DNA of 38,785 nt from a virus (taxonomy: Duplodnaviria > Caudoviricetes): the IMG/VR virus record IMGVR_UViG_3300022177_000034, positions 1-38,785 of that record; one strand, given 5' to 3'. Each line of letters starts with the position of its first letter. Positions within the stretch are counted from its first letter, which is position 1. Positions 16,926 through 25,917 of this stretch are shown here, piece by piece. Below the pieces are notes generated by a model. It searched no databases. It saw only the letters and a list, made by a program, of their open reading frames with translations, and was not told the DNA's origin. The translations under genes and the position numbers were made by a program.

Positions 16926-17585
16926 ATGGAATTTAAGTTTAACGTTACCGGTGCTAGGCGCAAAGAGCTAGTTCTGGCCATCAGTGAAATCCTGAATGCT
17001 GCATCGGAATACCAAGGCCCACCGACCTTTGCTTATGTCATAGGCGGGTTTACAGTCAACAAAGAAGGCACCCTCATCATCAGCGAAATCAACAGCGACG
17101 AAGAGCTTGAGCTATTATTATACGAGCTAGACCGGCGCGGACTTCAGTTTGAGGCACCAGACGAGCTGGTTATTGAGATGCCCAAAGAAGGTTTTACCGA
17201 AGCCGCCATTGCTAATCTGGAGCGGCTGGTTAAGAGCAAGGAAATCCTTATCAAAAAAGCCCTGGGCGCAGACCGGTTGCCAATTGAACAGACCGAGGAC
17301 CGACTGCGTTTCCCCTGGTTCTCTGGCAGCCTTACAGCGGAAGAAGTCAGCGCCTATGCCCGTTTCATCGGGGCGCTTTGCGCGATGGCCAAGAACCAAA
17401 AACGGGTAACGGCCACCGAAAAGGCGTATGACAATGAGAAGTACGCCTTTCGCTGTTTTCTGCTACGGCTGGGATTTATCGGGCCGGAATACAAAGAGGA
17501 ACGAAAGATTTTGCTATCCAGGTTAACCGGCAGCGCTGCTTTCAAAAACGGCCAGCGCAGTTCGGAGGAGGTGCCAGAAGCATGA
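16926..17585 (+). CDS. Phage protein of the so-called virulence-related type
   Basis: TGARRKELV, FPWF, NEKYAFRCFLLRLGFIGPEYKEERKILL; C-terminus resembles the amidoligase C-terminus. Confidence 0.7.
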   Translation: MEFKFNVTGARRKELVLAISEILNAASEYQGPPTFAYVIGGFTVNKEGTLIISEINSDEELELLLYELDRRGLQFEAPDELVIEMPKEGFTEAAIANLERLVKSKEILIKKALGADRLPIEQTEDRLRFPWFSGSLTAEEVSAYARFIGALCAMAKNQKRVTATEKAYDNEKYAFRCFLLRLGFIGPEYKEERKILLSRLTGSAAFKNGQRSSEEVPEA

Positions 17586-17872
17586 AGCAGATTCATCCGG
17601 AAATGTTAAAGGCACTCAGGTCATATTATCCTCCTGGTACACGGGTGGAACTAGTTCGCATGGAGGACCCTTACACAAAACTGAAACCCGGCGATCCGGG
17701 TATAGTATCCTTCATCGACGATACCGGCACCGTGTTTGTTGACTGGGATTCCGGCAGCAGGCTAGGGGTCGTATTTGGGAGGATGAAATCAGAAAAATCG
17801 AAGAATAACTGGGGCAACCGTCCGGATAAAAAGACGGATATTTCGGCGTATTTAAACTGTTTATATTGCTAA
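17582..17872 (+). CDS. DUF4314 protein; C-terminus probably frameshifted (alternative stop 17808)
   Basis: YPPGTRVELVRMEDPY...VDWDSGSRLGVVFG; -1 frame continues EDEIRKIEE*. Confidence 0.7.
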   Translation: MKQIHPEMLKALRSYYPPGTRVELVRMEDPYTKLKPGDPGIVSFIDDTGTVFVDWDSGSRLGVVFGRMKSEKSKNNWGNRPDKKTDISAYLNCLYC

Positions 17873-17877
17873 AATCC

Positions 17878-17921
17878 CTTGCTATATAGCCCTTTCAGAG
17901 TGATATATGTACACACCAAAA
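17878..17921 (+). promoter_or_regulatory. Repeated element CTTGCTAT-N10-CAGAGTGAT, copy B
   Basis: Matches copy A; lies upstream of the amidoligase gene. Confidence 0.65.
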
Positions 17922-17949
17922 AAACACACCTGAAAGGAGCTTGGATAGC

Positions 17950-18849
17950 ATGTTCAACACCAAATTCGGAATTGAGATTGAGTTTACCGGGATTACCAGG
18001 AGCCAGGCCGCCGAGATAGCGGCACAGTTTTTTAACGGGAGGATCGAACACTGCCGGGACAGCTACGATACCAAAAAGGTACACACCCCGGATGGACGAA
18101 CCTGGAAGTTTATGAGCGACGCCAGCATCCGCCGGGAGGTAAAGCTGAGCGGCAGAAAAATCAGCGCCGAGCACGAATACAGCGTTGAACTGGTAAGCCC
18201 GGTTTTAAGCTACCGCGAGGACATTGCAACCCTGCAGGAACTGGTCAGAAAGCTTCGCAAAGCCGGAGCATTTACCAACCCCTCCTGCGGGATACACATT
18301 CACCTGAACGGCGCGGACCATACGCCCAGGAGCATTAGGAACTTCATCAACATCATCGCCAGCAAGAACGACCTTTTCTACCAAGCCTTACAGATTGAGA
18401 GAGAGCGAATGAGGTTCTGTAAAAAGATGGATGCTGCCCTGGTAGAAAAGATTAACGCTAGAAGGCCGAAAACCATGCGGGAGCTTGAGGAACTTTGGTA
18501 CGAAGGTTACTGCGAAAGCCGCAGCCGTCATTACCATGAAAGCCGCTACCACTTTTTAAACCTGCACAGCTTTTGGCACGGCAACCACACGGTGGAACTG
18601 CGGGGATTTAACAGCGAACTGCACGCGGGCAAAATCAGAAGCTACATAGTCTTAGCCCTGGCCATGAACCAGCAGGCCTTGACCCAAAAGAGTGCCAGCG
18701 CCAGAAAGCCCCAGGTTGAAAACGAAAAGTTCGCCATGCGGACCTACTTAAACAGGATCGGCTTGATCGGCGAGGAGTTCAAAAACTGCCGCGAGCACCT
18801 TTGCAAACACCTGGGAGGTTCGGCGGCATGGAGGTTTCGGGCGGCTTAA
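17950..18849 (+). CDS. Putative amidoligase (COOH-NH2 ligase family)
   Basis: FGIEIE, DASI, VELVSP, SCGIHIH, RYHFLN, TVELR. Confidence 0.85.
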   Translation: MFNTKFGIEIEFTGITRSQAAEIAAQFFNGRIEHCRDSYDTKKVHTPDGRTWKFMSDASIRREVKLSGRKISAEHEYSVELVSPVLSYREDIATLQELVRKLRKAGAFTNPSCGIHIHLNGADHTPRSIRNFINIIASKNDLFYQALQIERERMRFCKKMDAALVEKINARRPKTMRELEELWYEGYCESRSRHYHESRYHFLNLHSFWHGNHTVELRGFNSELHAGKIRSYIVLALAMNQQALTQKSASARKPQVENEKFAMRTYLNRIGLIGEEFKNCREHLCKHLGGSAAWRFRAA

Positions 18850-18887
18850 GCCGCCACCGAAACCAGCGATAAAGGAGGTTAATACTA

Positions 18888-19346
18888 ATGGATAAGCATA
18901 ACAAACTGTACATCGCCTACGGCTCCAACCTCAATCTTGCGCAGATGGCTGACCGATGCCCAACCGCCAGGGTTATCGGTTCCAGCGAAATGCAAGGCTG
19001 GCAACTCCTGTTCAGGGGTTCACGAACAGGTGCAGTAGCAACGGTGGAGCCTAAAAAGGGCTGCAGCGTCCCGGTCCTGGTCTGGGAGATAACCCCCGCC
19101 GACGAAGCGGCGCTCGACCTATATGAGGGCTGGCCTTTTTTATACCGCAAGGAAACCGTCAGGGTGAAGATTAACGGAAAGACAGTCAAGGCAATGGTAT
19201 ATATCATGAACGAAGGCAGGCCGCCGGGCCAGCCCAGCTGCTATTACTATTCGGTCATCCTGGAAGGCTATAAGGAAGCGGGCTTTGATGTGGATATCCT
19301 GCGCCGGGCAGCCGCCGAATCGGTAGAAATGGAGGAAGCCAGATGA
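18888..19346 (+). CDS. Gamma-glutamylcyclotransferase (AIG2-like)
   Basis: YIAYGSNLN, LDLYEG, YYSVILEGY. Confidence 0.88.
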   Translation: MDKHNKLYIAYGSNLNLAQMADRCPTARVIGSSEMQGWQLLFRGSRTGAVATVEPKKGCSVPVLVWEITPADEAALDLYEGWPFLYRKETVRVKINGKTVKAMVYIMNEGRPPGQPSCYYYSVILEGYKEAGFDVDILRRAAAESVEMEEAR

Positions 19347-19531
19347 ACGAAACCATACGGAGGCAGCTTTTAGCCATCAGGGAAAGCGGGGTCACGAACA
19401 TGTTTGACCTCCCGCGCGTTCAACGGGAAGCATACAGCCGAGACTTTCATGAACTGGTTATTTACCTTAATGACCATAAGCCCGAGTACTGCCGCTTTAT
19501 CCTGACGGGGGAAGAGGCGGAGAGCGAATAA
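19343..19531 (+). CDS. DUF5049 protein
   Basis: QLLAIRESGVTNMFD...FILTGE. Confidence 0.75.
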   Translation: MNETIRRQLLAIRESGVTNMFDLPRVQREAYSRDFHELVIYLNDHKPEYCRFILTGEEAESE

Positions 19532-19559
19532 CCGACAACCAATAAATATACGGGAAACT

Positions 19560-19587
19560 GAGCTTCTTAAGGAGGCTCTTTTCTTTT
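19560..19587 (+). terminator. Intrinsic terminator
   Basis: GAGCTTC-TTAAG-GAGGCTC followed by TTTTCTTTT. Confidence 0.55.
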
Positions 19588-19615
19588 GTCCGCTTAAAGA
19601 GAGGAGGCGGCAAGC

Positions 19616-21217
19616 ATACGAAAACTCAAGAAATACAAGCCGACTTCCTTTATGGCAGCGGATTCAAAATACAGTAAAGATGCTGCCGACTATGCGGTTG
19701 CCTTTATCGAAGCCCTGTGCCACACCAAAGGCTCCTGGGCGGGACAGCCCTTTGAACTGATTGACTGGCAGGAACAGATTATCCGTGACCTGTTCGGCAT
19801 CTTAAAGCCCAACGGTTACCGCCAGTTCAATACTGCATATGTGGAAATACCCAAAAAGATGGGCAAATCGGAACTGGCGGCGGCCATCGCTCTGCTCTTA
19901 ACCTGCGGTGATAATGAGGAACGTGCTGAGGTTTACGGCTGCGCCGCCGATCGCCAGCAGGCGTCCATCGTATTCGAGGTTGCCGCTGATATGGTGCGGA
20001 TGTGCCCGGCTTTAAACCGGCGCGTCAAGCTCTTGGCTTCGACCAAGCGGCTCGTGTATCTGCCGACCAACAGCTTCTACCAGGTACTTTCGGCAGAAGC
20101 CTACTCCAAGCACGGCTTCAACATCCATGGCGTGGTGTTTGATGAACTGCACACCCAGCCAAATAGGAAGCTGTTTGACGTCATGACCAAAGGCTCCGGC
20201 GACGCCAGAATGCAGCCGCTCTACTTCCTCATAACCACAGCGGGCGATAACGTCAACAGTATTTGCTATGAGGTGCACCAAAAAGCCAAAGACCTGCTGA
20301 ACGGCCGGAAGCACGACGCGACTTTTTATCCTTTAATCTACGGAGCAGAGGAAGAAGACGATTGGACTGACCCTAAAGTCTGGAAAAAAGTCAATCCTTC
20401 GTTAGGAATAACCGTGGGCATCGACAAGATAAAAGTCGCCTGTGAGAGCGCGCGGCAAAACCCGGCCGAGGAAAACAGCTTCCGGCAGCTTAGACTCAAC
20501 CAATGGGTCAAACAGTCTGTTCGCTGGATGCCCATGGAGAAATGGGATAAATGCGCTTTCCCGGTTGATGCGGAAAGTCTCAAGGGCCGTATCTGCTACG
20601 GCGGGTTGGACTTGTCCAGCACTACTGATATTACAGCTTTTGTGTTGGTCTTTCCCCCGGTTGATGAGGACGATAAATTTCATATCCTTCCCTACTTCTG
20701 GATACCGGAGGATAACCTCGACCTGCGGGTACGGCGCGATCATGTGAACTATGACCTTTGGCATAAGCAGGGATTCCTGAAAACCACGGAAGGCAATGTG
20801 GTGCATTACGGCTTCATTGAAAGCTTTATCGAGGAACTCGGTACTCAGTACAACATCAGAGAAATTGCCTTTGACCGCTGGGGAGCGGTGCAGATGACAC
20901 AGAACTTAGAAGGGCTAGGCTTTACGGTGGTACCGTTTGGACAAGGCTTCAAGGATATGTCCCCACCGACCAAGGAACTGATGAAGCTAACCCTGGAGGA
21001 AAAGATCGCCCATGGCGGTCAGCCGGTCCTGCGCTGGATGATGGATAACATTTTTATCCGCACAGATCCAGCTGGCAATATCAAACCCGACAAAGAAAAG
21101 TCTACCGAGAAGATTGACGGAGCGGTGGCAACGATAATGGCGCTGGATAGAGCACTACGGAATGGCGGGAGCCACGAAACTTCGATATATGACAAGAGAG
21201 GCTTAATTGTTCTATAA
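19616..21217 (+). CDS. terL: Terminase large subunit; probable ATA start (first ATG is 19652)
   Basis: IPKKMGKSE Walker A, VFDELH Walker B, ITTAG, GGLDLSS nuclease, KIDG; RBS GAGGAGG 8 nt before in-frame ATA. Confidence 0.92.
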   Translation: MRKLKKYKPTSFMAADSKYSKDAADYAVAFIEALCHTKGSWAGQPFELIDWQEQIIRDLFGILKPNGYRQFNTAYVEIPKKMGKSELAAAIALLLTCGDNEERAEVYGCAADRQQASIVFEVAADMVRMCPALNRRVKLLASTKRLVYLPTNSFYQVLSAEAYSKHGFNIHGVVFDELHTQPNRKLFDVMTKGSGDARMQPLYFLITTAGDNVNSICYEVHQKAKDLLNGRKHDATFYPLIYGAEEEDDWTDPKVWKKVNPSLGITVGIDKIKVACESARQNPAEENSFRQLRLNQWVKQSVRWMPMEKWDKCAFPVDAESLKGRICYGGLDLSSTTDITAFVLVFPPVDEDDKFHILPYFWIPEDNLDLRVRRDHVNYDLWHKQGFLKTTEGNVVHYGFIESFIEELGTQYNIREIAFDRWGAVQMTQNLEGLGFTVVPFGQGFKDMSPPTKELMKLTLEEKIAHGGQPVLRWMMDNIFIRTDPAGNIKPDKEKSTEKIDGAVATIMALDRALRNGGSHETSIYDKRGLIVL

Positions 21218-21249
21218 TTATCTTTTAAGATGTATTCGAGGTGGAACCG

Positions 21250-22356
21250 TTGTTAGAGGCACTAAAGCAAAAAGCAAAGCAGTTAAAAAGAGAAATATAC
21301 ACGATATTTTGGGTTTACACGCATGAAGGTGTGCCCTGGTATAAAAAATTATTTCTTTTACTTATTATTGCTTATGCGCTGAGTCCAATAGATCTAATTC
21401 CTGATTTTATTCCTGTTTTAGGATTGTTAGATGACCTTATTATAGTTCCTCTAGGAATTTATATAGCCATGAAAATGATTCCTAAAGATATTTGGGATGA
21501 AAGCCGGCGCAAAGTTGATGAAGGACTTGAAATCAATAAAAGTTATGGGCTATACGGTGCGGGTTTCATTACGGCAGTATGGCTGCTTGGATTATTTTGG
21601 ATTTTCAAAACCCTGTTTGGTAATTTGATAGATTTTAATTTGCTCAAAATGTTATCTCTTTTCCTTGGAAGTTTTTTAGCAGCGTTGATATCTGGAGCGG
21701 CCGGCTTTGGGGGAGCGTTACTGCTCTTGCCGGTACTTTCTTGGACGATAGGCCCGCTTGCGGCGGTTCCGGTTTTGACAATAGCGCAGTTAATCGGCAA
21801 CTTGTCCAGAGTTTATGCAGGCTTCAAAGAAATAAGCTGGAAGCCGGTAATGGTCTTTATCGCCACGGCTGTTCCATTTTCAGTTATCGGTGCTTTGTCT
21901 TTTGTCTCTCTGCCGAAGGAACTGATTATGCGCATCATTGGCGCTTGCATAGTAATTTTTGCCCTGCTTAAGTATTACAAAATATTGAAGTTTAATCCCG
22001 GCAATAAAACCCTGTTAGCAGGCGGCGGGGTAACCGGTTTGCTTTCCGGGCTTGTCGGAAGCGCAGGGCCAATCGGAGCAGCCGTATTTCTATCGCTGAA
22101 CCTTTCGCCCATGGGATACATTGCCAGCGAAGCTGTAACTGCTACAGTGATGCATATATTTAAGACCATTATTTATCAAAAATATGTGAACATAGGCATA
22201 ACAGAAGTTGGGCTAGCGTTAGGTATGGGAGTGTTCATGGTGCTTGGGACAATGGCAGGCAAAAAAATCATAGAGAAGATGGATAGAGAGAAATTCACCG
22301 TCTTTGTTACGGTTTTGCTCGGGGTAATCGGCATCATTATGATTATTACAGGATAA
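21250..22356 (+). CDS. YkvA(DUF1232)-TSUP (TauE/SafE sulfite exporter) fusion membrane protein; moron
   Basis: YALSPIDLIPDFIPVLGLLDD (YkvA); LAALISGAAGFGGALL and LSGLVGSAGP TSUP repeats; AT-rich; TATAAT at 21213; RBS GAGGTG before TTG 21250. Confidence 0.8.
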   Translation: MLEALKQKAKQLKREIYTIFWVYTHEGVPWYKKLFLLLIIAYALSPIDLIPDFIPVLGLLDDLIIVPLGIYIAMKMIPKDIWDESRRKVDEGLEINKSYGLYGAGFITAVWLLGLFWIFKTLFGNLIDFNLLKMLSLFLGSFLAALISGAAGFGGALLLLPVLSWTIGPLAAVPVLTIAQLIGNLSRVYAGFKEISWKPVMVFIATAVPFSVIGALSFVSLPKELIMRIIGACIVIFALLKYYKILKFNPGNKTLLAGGGVTGLLSGLVGSAGPIGAAVFLSLNLSPMGYIASEAVTATVMHIFKTIIYQKYVNIGITEVGLALGMGVFMVLGTMAGKKIIEKMDREKFTVFVTVLLGVIGIIMIITG

Positions 22357-22383
22357 AGACAATCCAATAATTCAAGACCATAC

Positions 22384-22411
22384 AAGCATCTGGTGTACCA
22401 GGTGCTTTTTT
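22384..22411 (+). terminator. Intrinsic terminator of the moron
   Basis: AAGCATCTGG-TGTA-CCAGGTGCTT followed by TTTT. Confidence 0.75.
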
Positions 22412-22438
22412 CATGCCTTTTTTTAGGAGGATGAGATA

Positions 22439-23734
22439 ATGAATATTCCGTTCCTGACGAGATTTTTCCAAACAAGGGCCAGTCCTAAGAATGCTTTTTG
22501 GGCTAGTCCATATAGCTTTTTCTTCGGCAGTACCTCAAGCGGCAAAACGGTCAATGAGCTCACAGCCATGCAGACCACCGCTGTGTATGCCAGTGTAAGA
22601 ATACTGGCCGAGACTATTGCCAGCCTGCCGCTGCACACATATAAATACACATCTGGCGGCAAAGAGAAGGCTGTGAGCCACCAATTATATTACCTGCTCC
22701 ATGACGAGCCTAACCCGGAGATGACTTCATTTGTGTTCAGAGAGACACTGATGAGTCATCTTTTATTATGGGGAAATGCTTATGCCCAGATTATCCGGGA
22801 CGGCAGGGGCAAGGTACTGACTCTGTATCCGCTGCTGCCCGACCGGATGACTGTGGACAGGACTTCCAGCGGACAGCTCTATTACGAGTACCGAAAGGAT
22901 ACCGGATATGTAATCTTGCGGCCGGAAGAGGTTCTGCACATACCGGGCCTGGGGTTTGACGGTTTGATTGGTTATTCGCCCATCGCAATGGCCAAAAATG
23001 CTATTGGTATGGCGATTGCTACTGAGGAATACGGGGCCAAGTTTTTCGCCAATGGGGCCAATCCGGGGGGCGTCCTGGAACATCCCGGGGTAGTAAAAGA
23101 TCCAGCCCGAATCCGGGAAAGTTGGAACGCTGTCTACCAGGGCAGCGGCAATGCCCACCGGGTAGCAGTGCTTGAAGAAGGTATGAAGTTTCAGCCCATA
23201 GGAATACCGCCGGAGCAGGCGCAGTTTTTAGAAACCCGAAAATTCCAAATCAACGAGATCGCCAGAATCTTTAGAATACCGCCGCACATGATCGGTGATC
23301 TAGAAAAGTCTAGCTTCTCTAATATAGAGCAGCAGAGTCTGGAATTTGTGAAATACACGCTCGATCCCTGGGTAGTGCGCTGGGAGCAGGCTATGCAAAG
23401 AGCGCTCTTATCCTCGGGTGAGAAGAAAGATTACTTTATCAAATTCAATGTGGACGGACTCTTGCGGGGAGATTACCAGAGCCGGATGAACGGATACGCG
23501 GTAGGCCGGCAGAATGGCTGGATGTCTGCTAACGACATCCGGGAACTGGAGAATTTAAACCGGATTCCCGAGGAACTGGGCGGCGATCTATACCTCATTA
23601 ACGGCAATATGACCAAGCTGGCCGAGGCCGGGATATTTGCCAATAAGAACAACAATGAAACGGGGGTGGGAAACCTTGAAGAGAAAATTCTGGAACTGGG
23701 TCAGGAACGAGGAAGGCCGAACTCTGTATCTTGA
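22439..23734 (+). CDS. HK97-family portal protein
   Basis: AVYASVRILAETIASLPL, EPNPEMT, GNAY, IARIFRIPP, SFSNIEQQ. Confidence 0.93.
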   Translation: MNIPFLTRFFQTRASPKNAFWASPYSFFFGSTSSGKTVNELTAMQTTAVYASVRILAETIASLPLHTYKYTSGGKEKAVSHQLYYLLHDEPNPEMTSFVFRETLMSHLLLWGNAYAQIIRDGRGKVLTLYPLLPDRMTVDRTSSGQLYYEYRKDTGYVILRPEEVLHIPGLGFDGLIGYSPIAMAKNAIGMAIATEEYGAKFFANGANPGGVLEHPGVVKDPARIRESWNAVYQGSGNAHRVAVLEEGMKFQPIGIPPEQAQFLETRKFQINEIARIFRIPPHMIGDLEKSSFSNIEQQSLEFVKYTLDPWVVRWEQAMQRALLSSGEKKDYFIKFNVDGLLRGDYQSRMNGYAVGRQNGWMSANDIRELENLNRIPEELGGDLYLINGNMTKLAEAGIFANKNNNETGVGNLEEKILELGQERGRPNSVS

Positions 23735-24365
23735 CGGAGCCATTGCCGAGGAAACCTGGTTCGGCGATGAGATAACACCGAAACAATTTAAAAACGAGCT
23801 TTTAGGCGAAAACGGCGACATCACCGTCTGGATCAACTCCCCGGGCGGTGATGTTTTTTGTGCCAGTCAGATCTACAACATGCTGATGGATTACCCGGGC
23901 AAGGTCACGGTAAAAATTGATGGGCTTGCGGCCAGTGCCGCCTCGGTAATTGCCATGGCGGGCGGGGAAGTGTTCATGTCGCCGGTATCCATGATGATGA
24001 TCCACAATCCCATGACCATAGCTTTCGGTGACAGCGGGGAGATGGAAAAGGCCATCGCCATGTTAGGTCAAGTGAAGGAGAGCATCATCAACGCTTACGA
24101 ACTGAAAACCGGTCTTTCCCGAGCCAAGCTGTCGCGCCTCATGGATGCGGAGAGCTGGTTCAATGCAAAAAAGGCAGTGGAGTTGGGGTTTGCCGACGCG
24201 ATTCTGTTTACTTCGACTAATGAGTCCAGTCCGGACAATGAAGGCCTCATTTTCAGTAACCTGGCGGTGGTCAACTCGCTAATTAATAAGCTGCCGCGTC
24301 AGGAAAAGAAACCCGGATCAGCCATAACCATATTGGACAAGAGGCTTAACCTCTTGAAATTGTAA
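23676..24365 (+). CDS. ClpP-type prohead protease
   Basis: INSPGGDV, GLAASAASVI, MMIHNP, ESWFNAKKAVELGFAD; TTG start (MKRKFWNW). Confidence 0.9.
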   Translation: MKRKFWNWVRNEEGRTLYLDGAIAEETWFGDEITPKQFKNELLGENGDITVWINSPGGDVFCASQIYNMLMDYPGKVTVKIDGLAASAASVIAMAGGEVFMSPVSMMMIHNPMTIAFGDSGEMEKAIAMLGQVKESIINAYELKTGLSRAKLSRLMDAESWFNAKKAVELGFADAILFTSTNESSPDNEGLIFSNLAVVNSLINKLPRQEKKPGSAITILDKRLNLLKL

Positions 24366-24379
24366 GGAGGGATTTGTTA

Positions 24380-25573
24380 ATGAGCAAAATATTGGATCTG
24401 CGGGAGAAACGAGCCCAGGCCTGGGAAACCGCCAAGGCATTTCTGGATTCCAAAAGGGGCAGCGACGGTTTGATATCCGCAGAGGATACCGCGGTTTATG
24501 AAAAGATGGAAGCGGACGTAGTAAACCTGGGTAGGGAAATCGACCGGCTGGAGAGACAGCAAGCTATGGACCTGGAACTGGCCAAACCGCTGAACTCACC
24601 GATTTTGGCCAAGCCTTCAGTAAACGGAGAACAGAAAACCGGCCGGGCCAGCGACGAATACAAACAGGCTTTTTGGAAAACCATGCGCAGTAAAAACAGC
24701 TTCGAAGTGCAGAATGCATTGCAGATCGGCACTGACAGCGAGGGTGGCTATCTGGTGCCGGACGAGTTTGAAAGAACCCTAATCGAAGCCCTGCAGGAAG
24801 AAAACATTTTTAGGCAATTAGCCAACATAATCACCACCTCTTCAGGCGACCGGAAGATTCCGGTAGTGGCCAGCAAAGGGACTGCTTCCTGGGTGGATGA
24901 AGAAGGAGCCATCCCGGAATCAGACGATGCCTTCGGGCAGGTTTCCATCGGTGCCTATAAACTGGCTACCATGATCAAGGTTTCCGAGGAACTGTTAAAT
25001 GACAGCGTTTTTAATCTCGAATCATATATTGCCAAAGAGTTTGCCAGGAGAATCGGGGCCAAAGAGGAAGAAGCCTTTTTCGTTGGGGATGGCAGCGGCA
25101 AACCGACTGGCATATTAAATGCTACCGGCGGGGCGGATCTAGGCATAACGGCTGCTTCTGCAACTGCGATCACCGTGGACGAGGTCATGGATTTGTTCTA
25201 CAGCCTGAAATCACCGTATCGCAAAAGCGCTGTCTTTGTAATGAATGATGCCACGGTCAAGGCTATCCGCAAGCTTAAGGACGGCAACGGACAGTACCTG
25301 TGGCAGCCATCGATTACTGCCGGCCAGCCGGATACGATTTTGAACCGGCCGGTTAAGACCTCGGCTTATGTGCCGACCATTGCATCAGCCAAAAAGACCA
25401 TCGCTTTCGGCGATTTAGGCTACTACTGGGTGGCGGATAGACAGGGCAGGTCGTTCCAGAGACTCAACGAGCTTTATGCGGCTACCGGGCAAGTGGGCTT
25501 TAAGGCCACTCAGAGGGTGGACGGCAAGCTGATCCTGGCCGAAGCCATCAAAGTGCTGCAGATGAAAGCGTAG
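24380..25573 (+). CDS. HK97-fold major capsid protein
   Basis: N-terminal coiled-coil delta domain; EGGYLVP, WVDEEG, VSEELLNDS, GDGSGKPTG, KDGNGQYLW. Confidence 0.93.
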   Translation: MSKILDLREKRAQAWETAKAFLDSKRGSDGLISAEDTAVYEKMEADVVNLGREIDRLERQQAMDLELAKPLNSPILAKPSVNGEQKTGRASDEYKQAFWKTMRSKNSFEVQNALQIGTDSEGGYLVPDEFERTLIEALQEENIFRQLANIITTSSGDRKIPVVASKGTASWVDEEGAIPESDDAFGQVSIGAYKLATMIKVSEELLNDSVFNLESYIAKEFARRIGAKEEEAFFVGDGSGKPTGILNATGGADLGITAASATAITVDEVMDLFYSLKSPYRKSAVFVMNDATVKAIRKLKDGNGQYLWQPSITAGQPDTILNRPVKTSAYVPTIASAKKTIAFGDLGYYWVADRQGRSFQRLNELYAATGQVGFKATQRVDGKLILAEAIKVLQMKA

Positions 25574-25584
25574 GTGAGACTTAA

Positions 25585-25917
25585 ATGAGCAATGTTAAAA
25601 ACTATACCGAGCAGGGCGGAGAGAAGACCGTCATTGGGGGAGAACTCGAGATTGCGGTAGGTGGCAAGCTGGCTGTTGCTGCAGGGGCAGTCGTGGAGGG
25701 GGTTGTAAGCGCTCCGGTAGTGGATGCGCTGAATTCAACCTCCACTACCAGCGCCCTGTCGGCCAATCAGGGTAAAGTCCTAAATGATGCCCTAGCTGCC
25801 AAGACCGCTGCCAACCAGTCAGACAGTACGGCTGCAGACGTGGCCGGTTTGGTGACCGATTTCAACGCTCTCTTAGCCAAGCTCATCGCGTCTGGTTTAA
25901 TGGCAGCCGCTGAGTAA
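25585..25917 (+). CDS. Head fibre/decoration protein
   Basis: KNYTEQGG, VVDALNSTSTTSALSANQGKVL, DFNALLAKL; follows the capsid gene. Confidence 0.7.
   Translation: MSNVKNYTEQGGEKTVIGGELEIAVGGKLAVAAGAVVEGVVSAPVVDALNSTSTTSALSANQGKVLNDALAAKTAANQSDSTAADVAGLVTDFNALLAKLIASGLMAAAE

Noticed and set aside
17817-17850. ACCGTCCGG as a fourth copy of the repeated promoter element
   Set aside because: No TGGC at +24 and no GAAGGC/GCCTTC hairpin; it instead forms a local CCGTC/GACGG stem.
23676-23734. 59-nt portal/protease overlap as a recoding signal
   Set aside because: No slippery site or structure seen; the portal C-terminus is variable and the protease has its own RBS.
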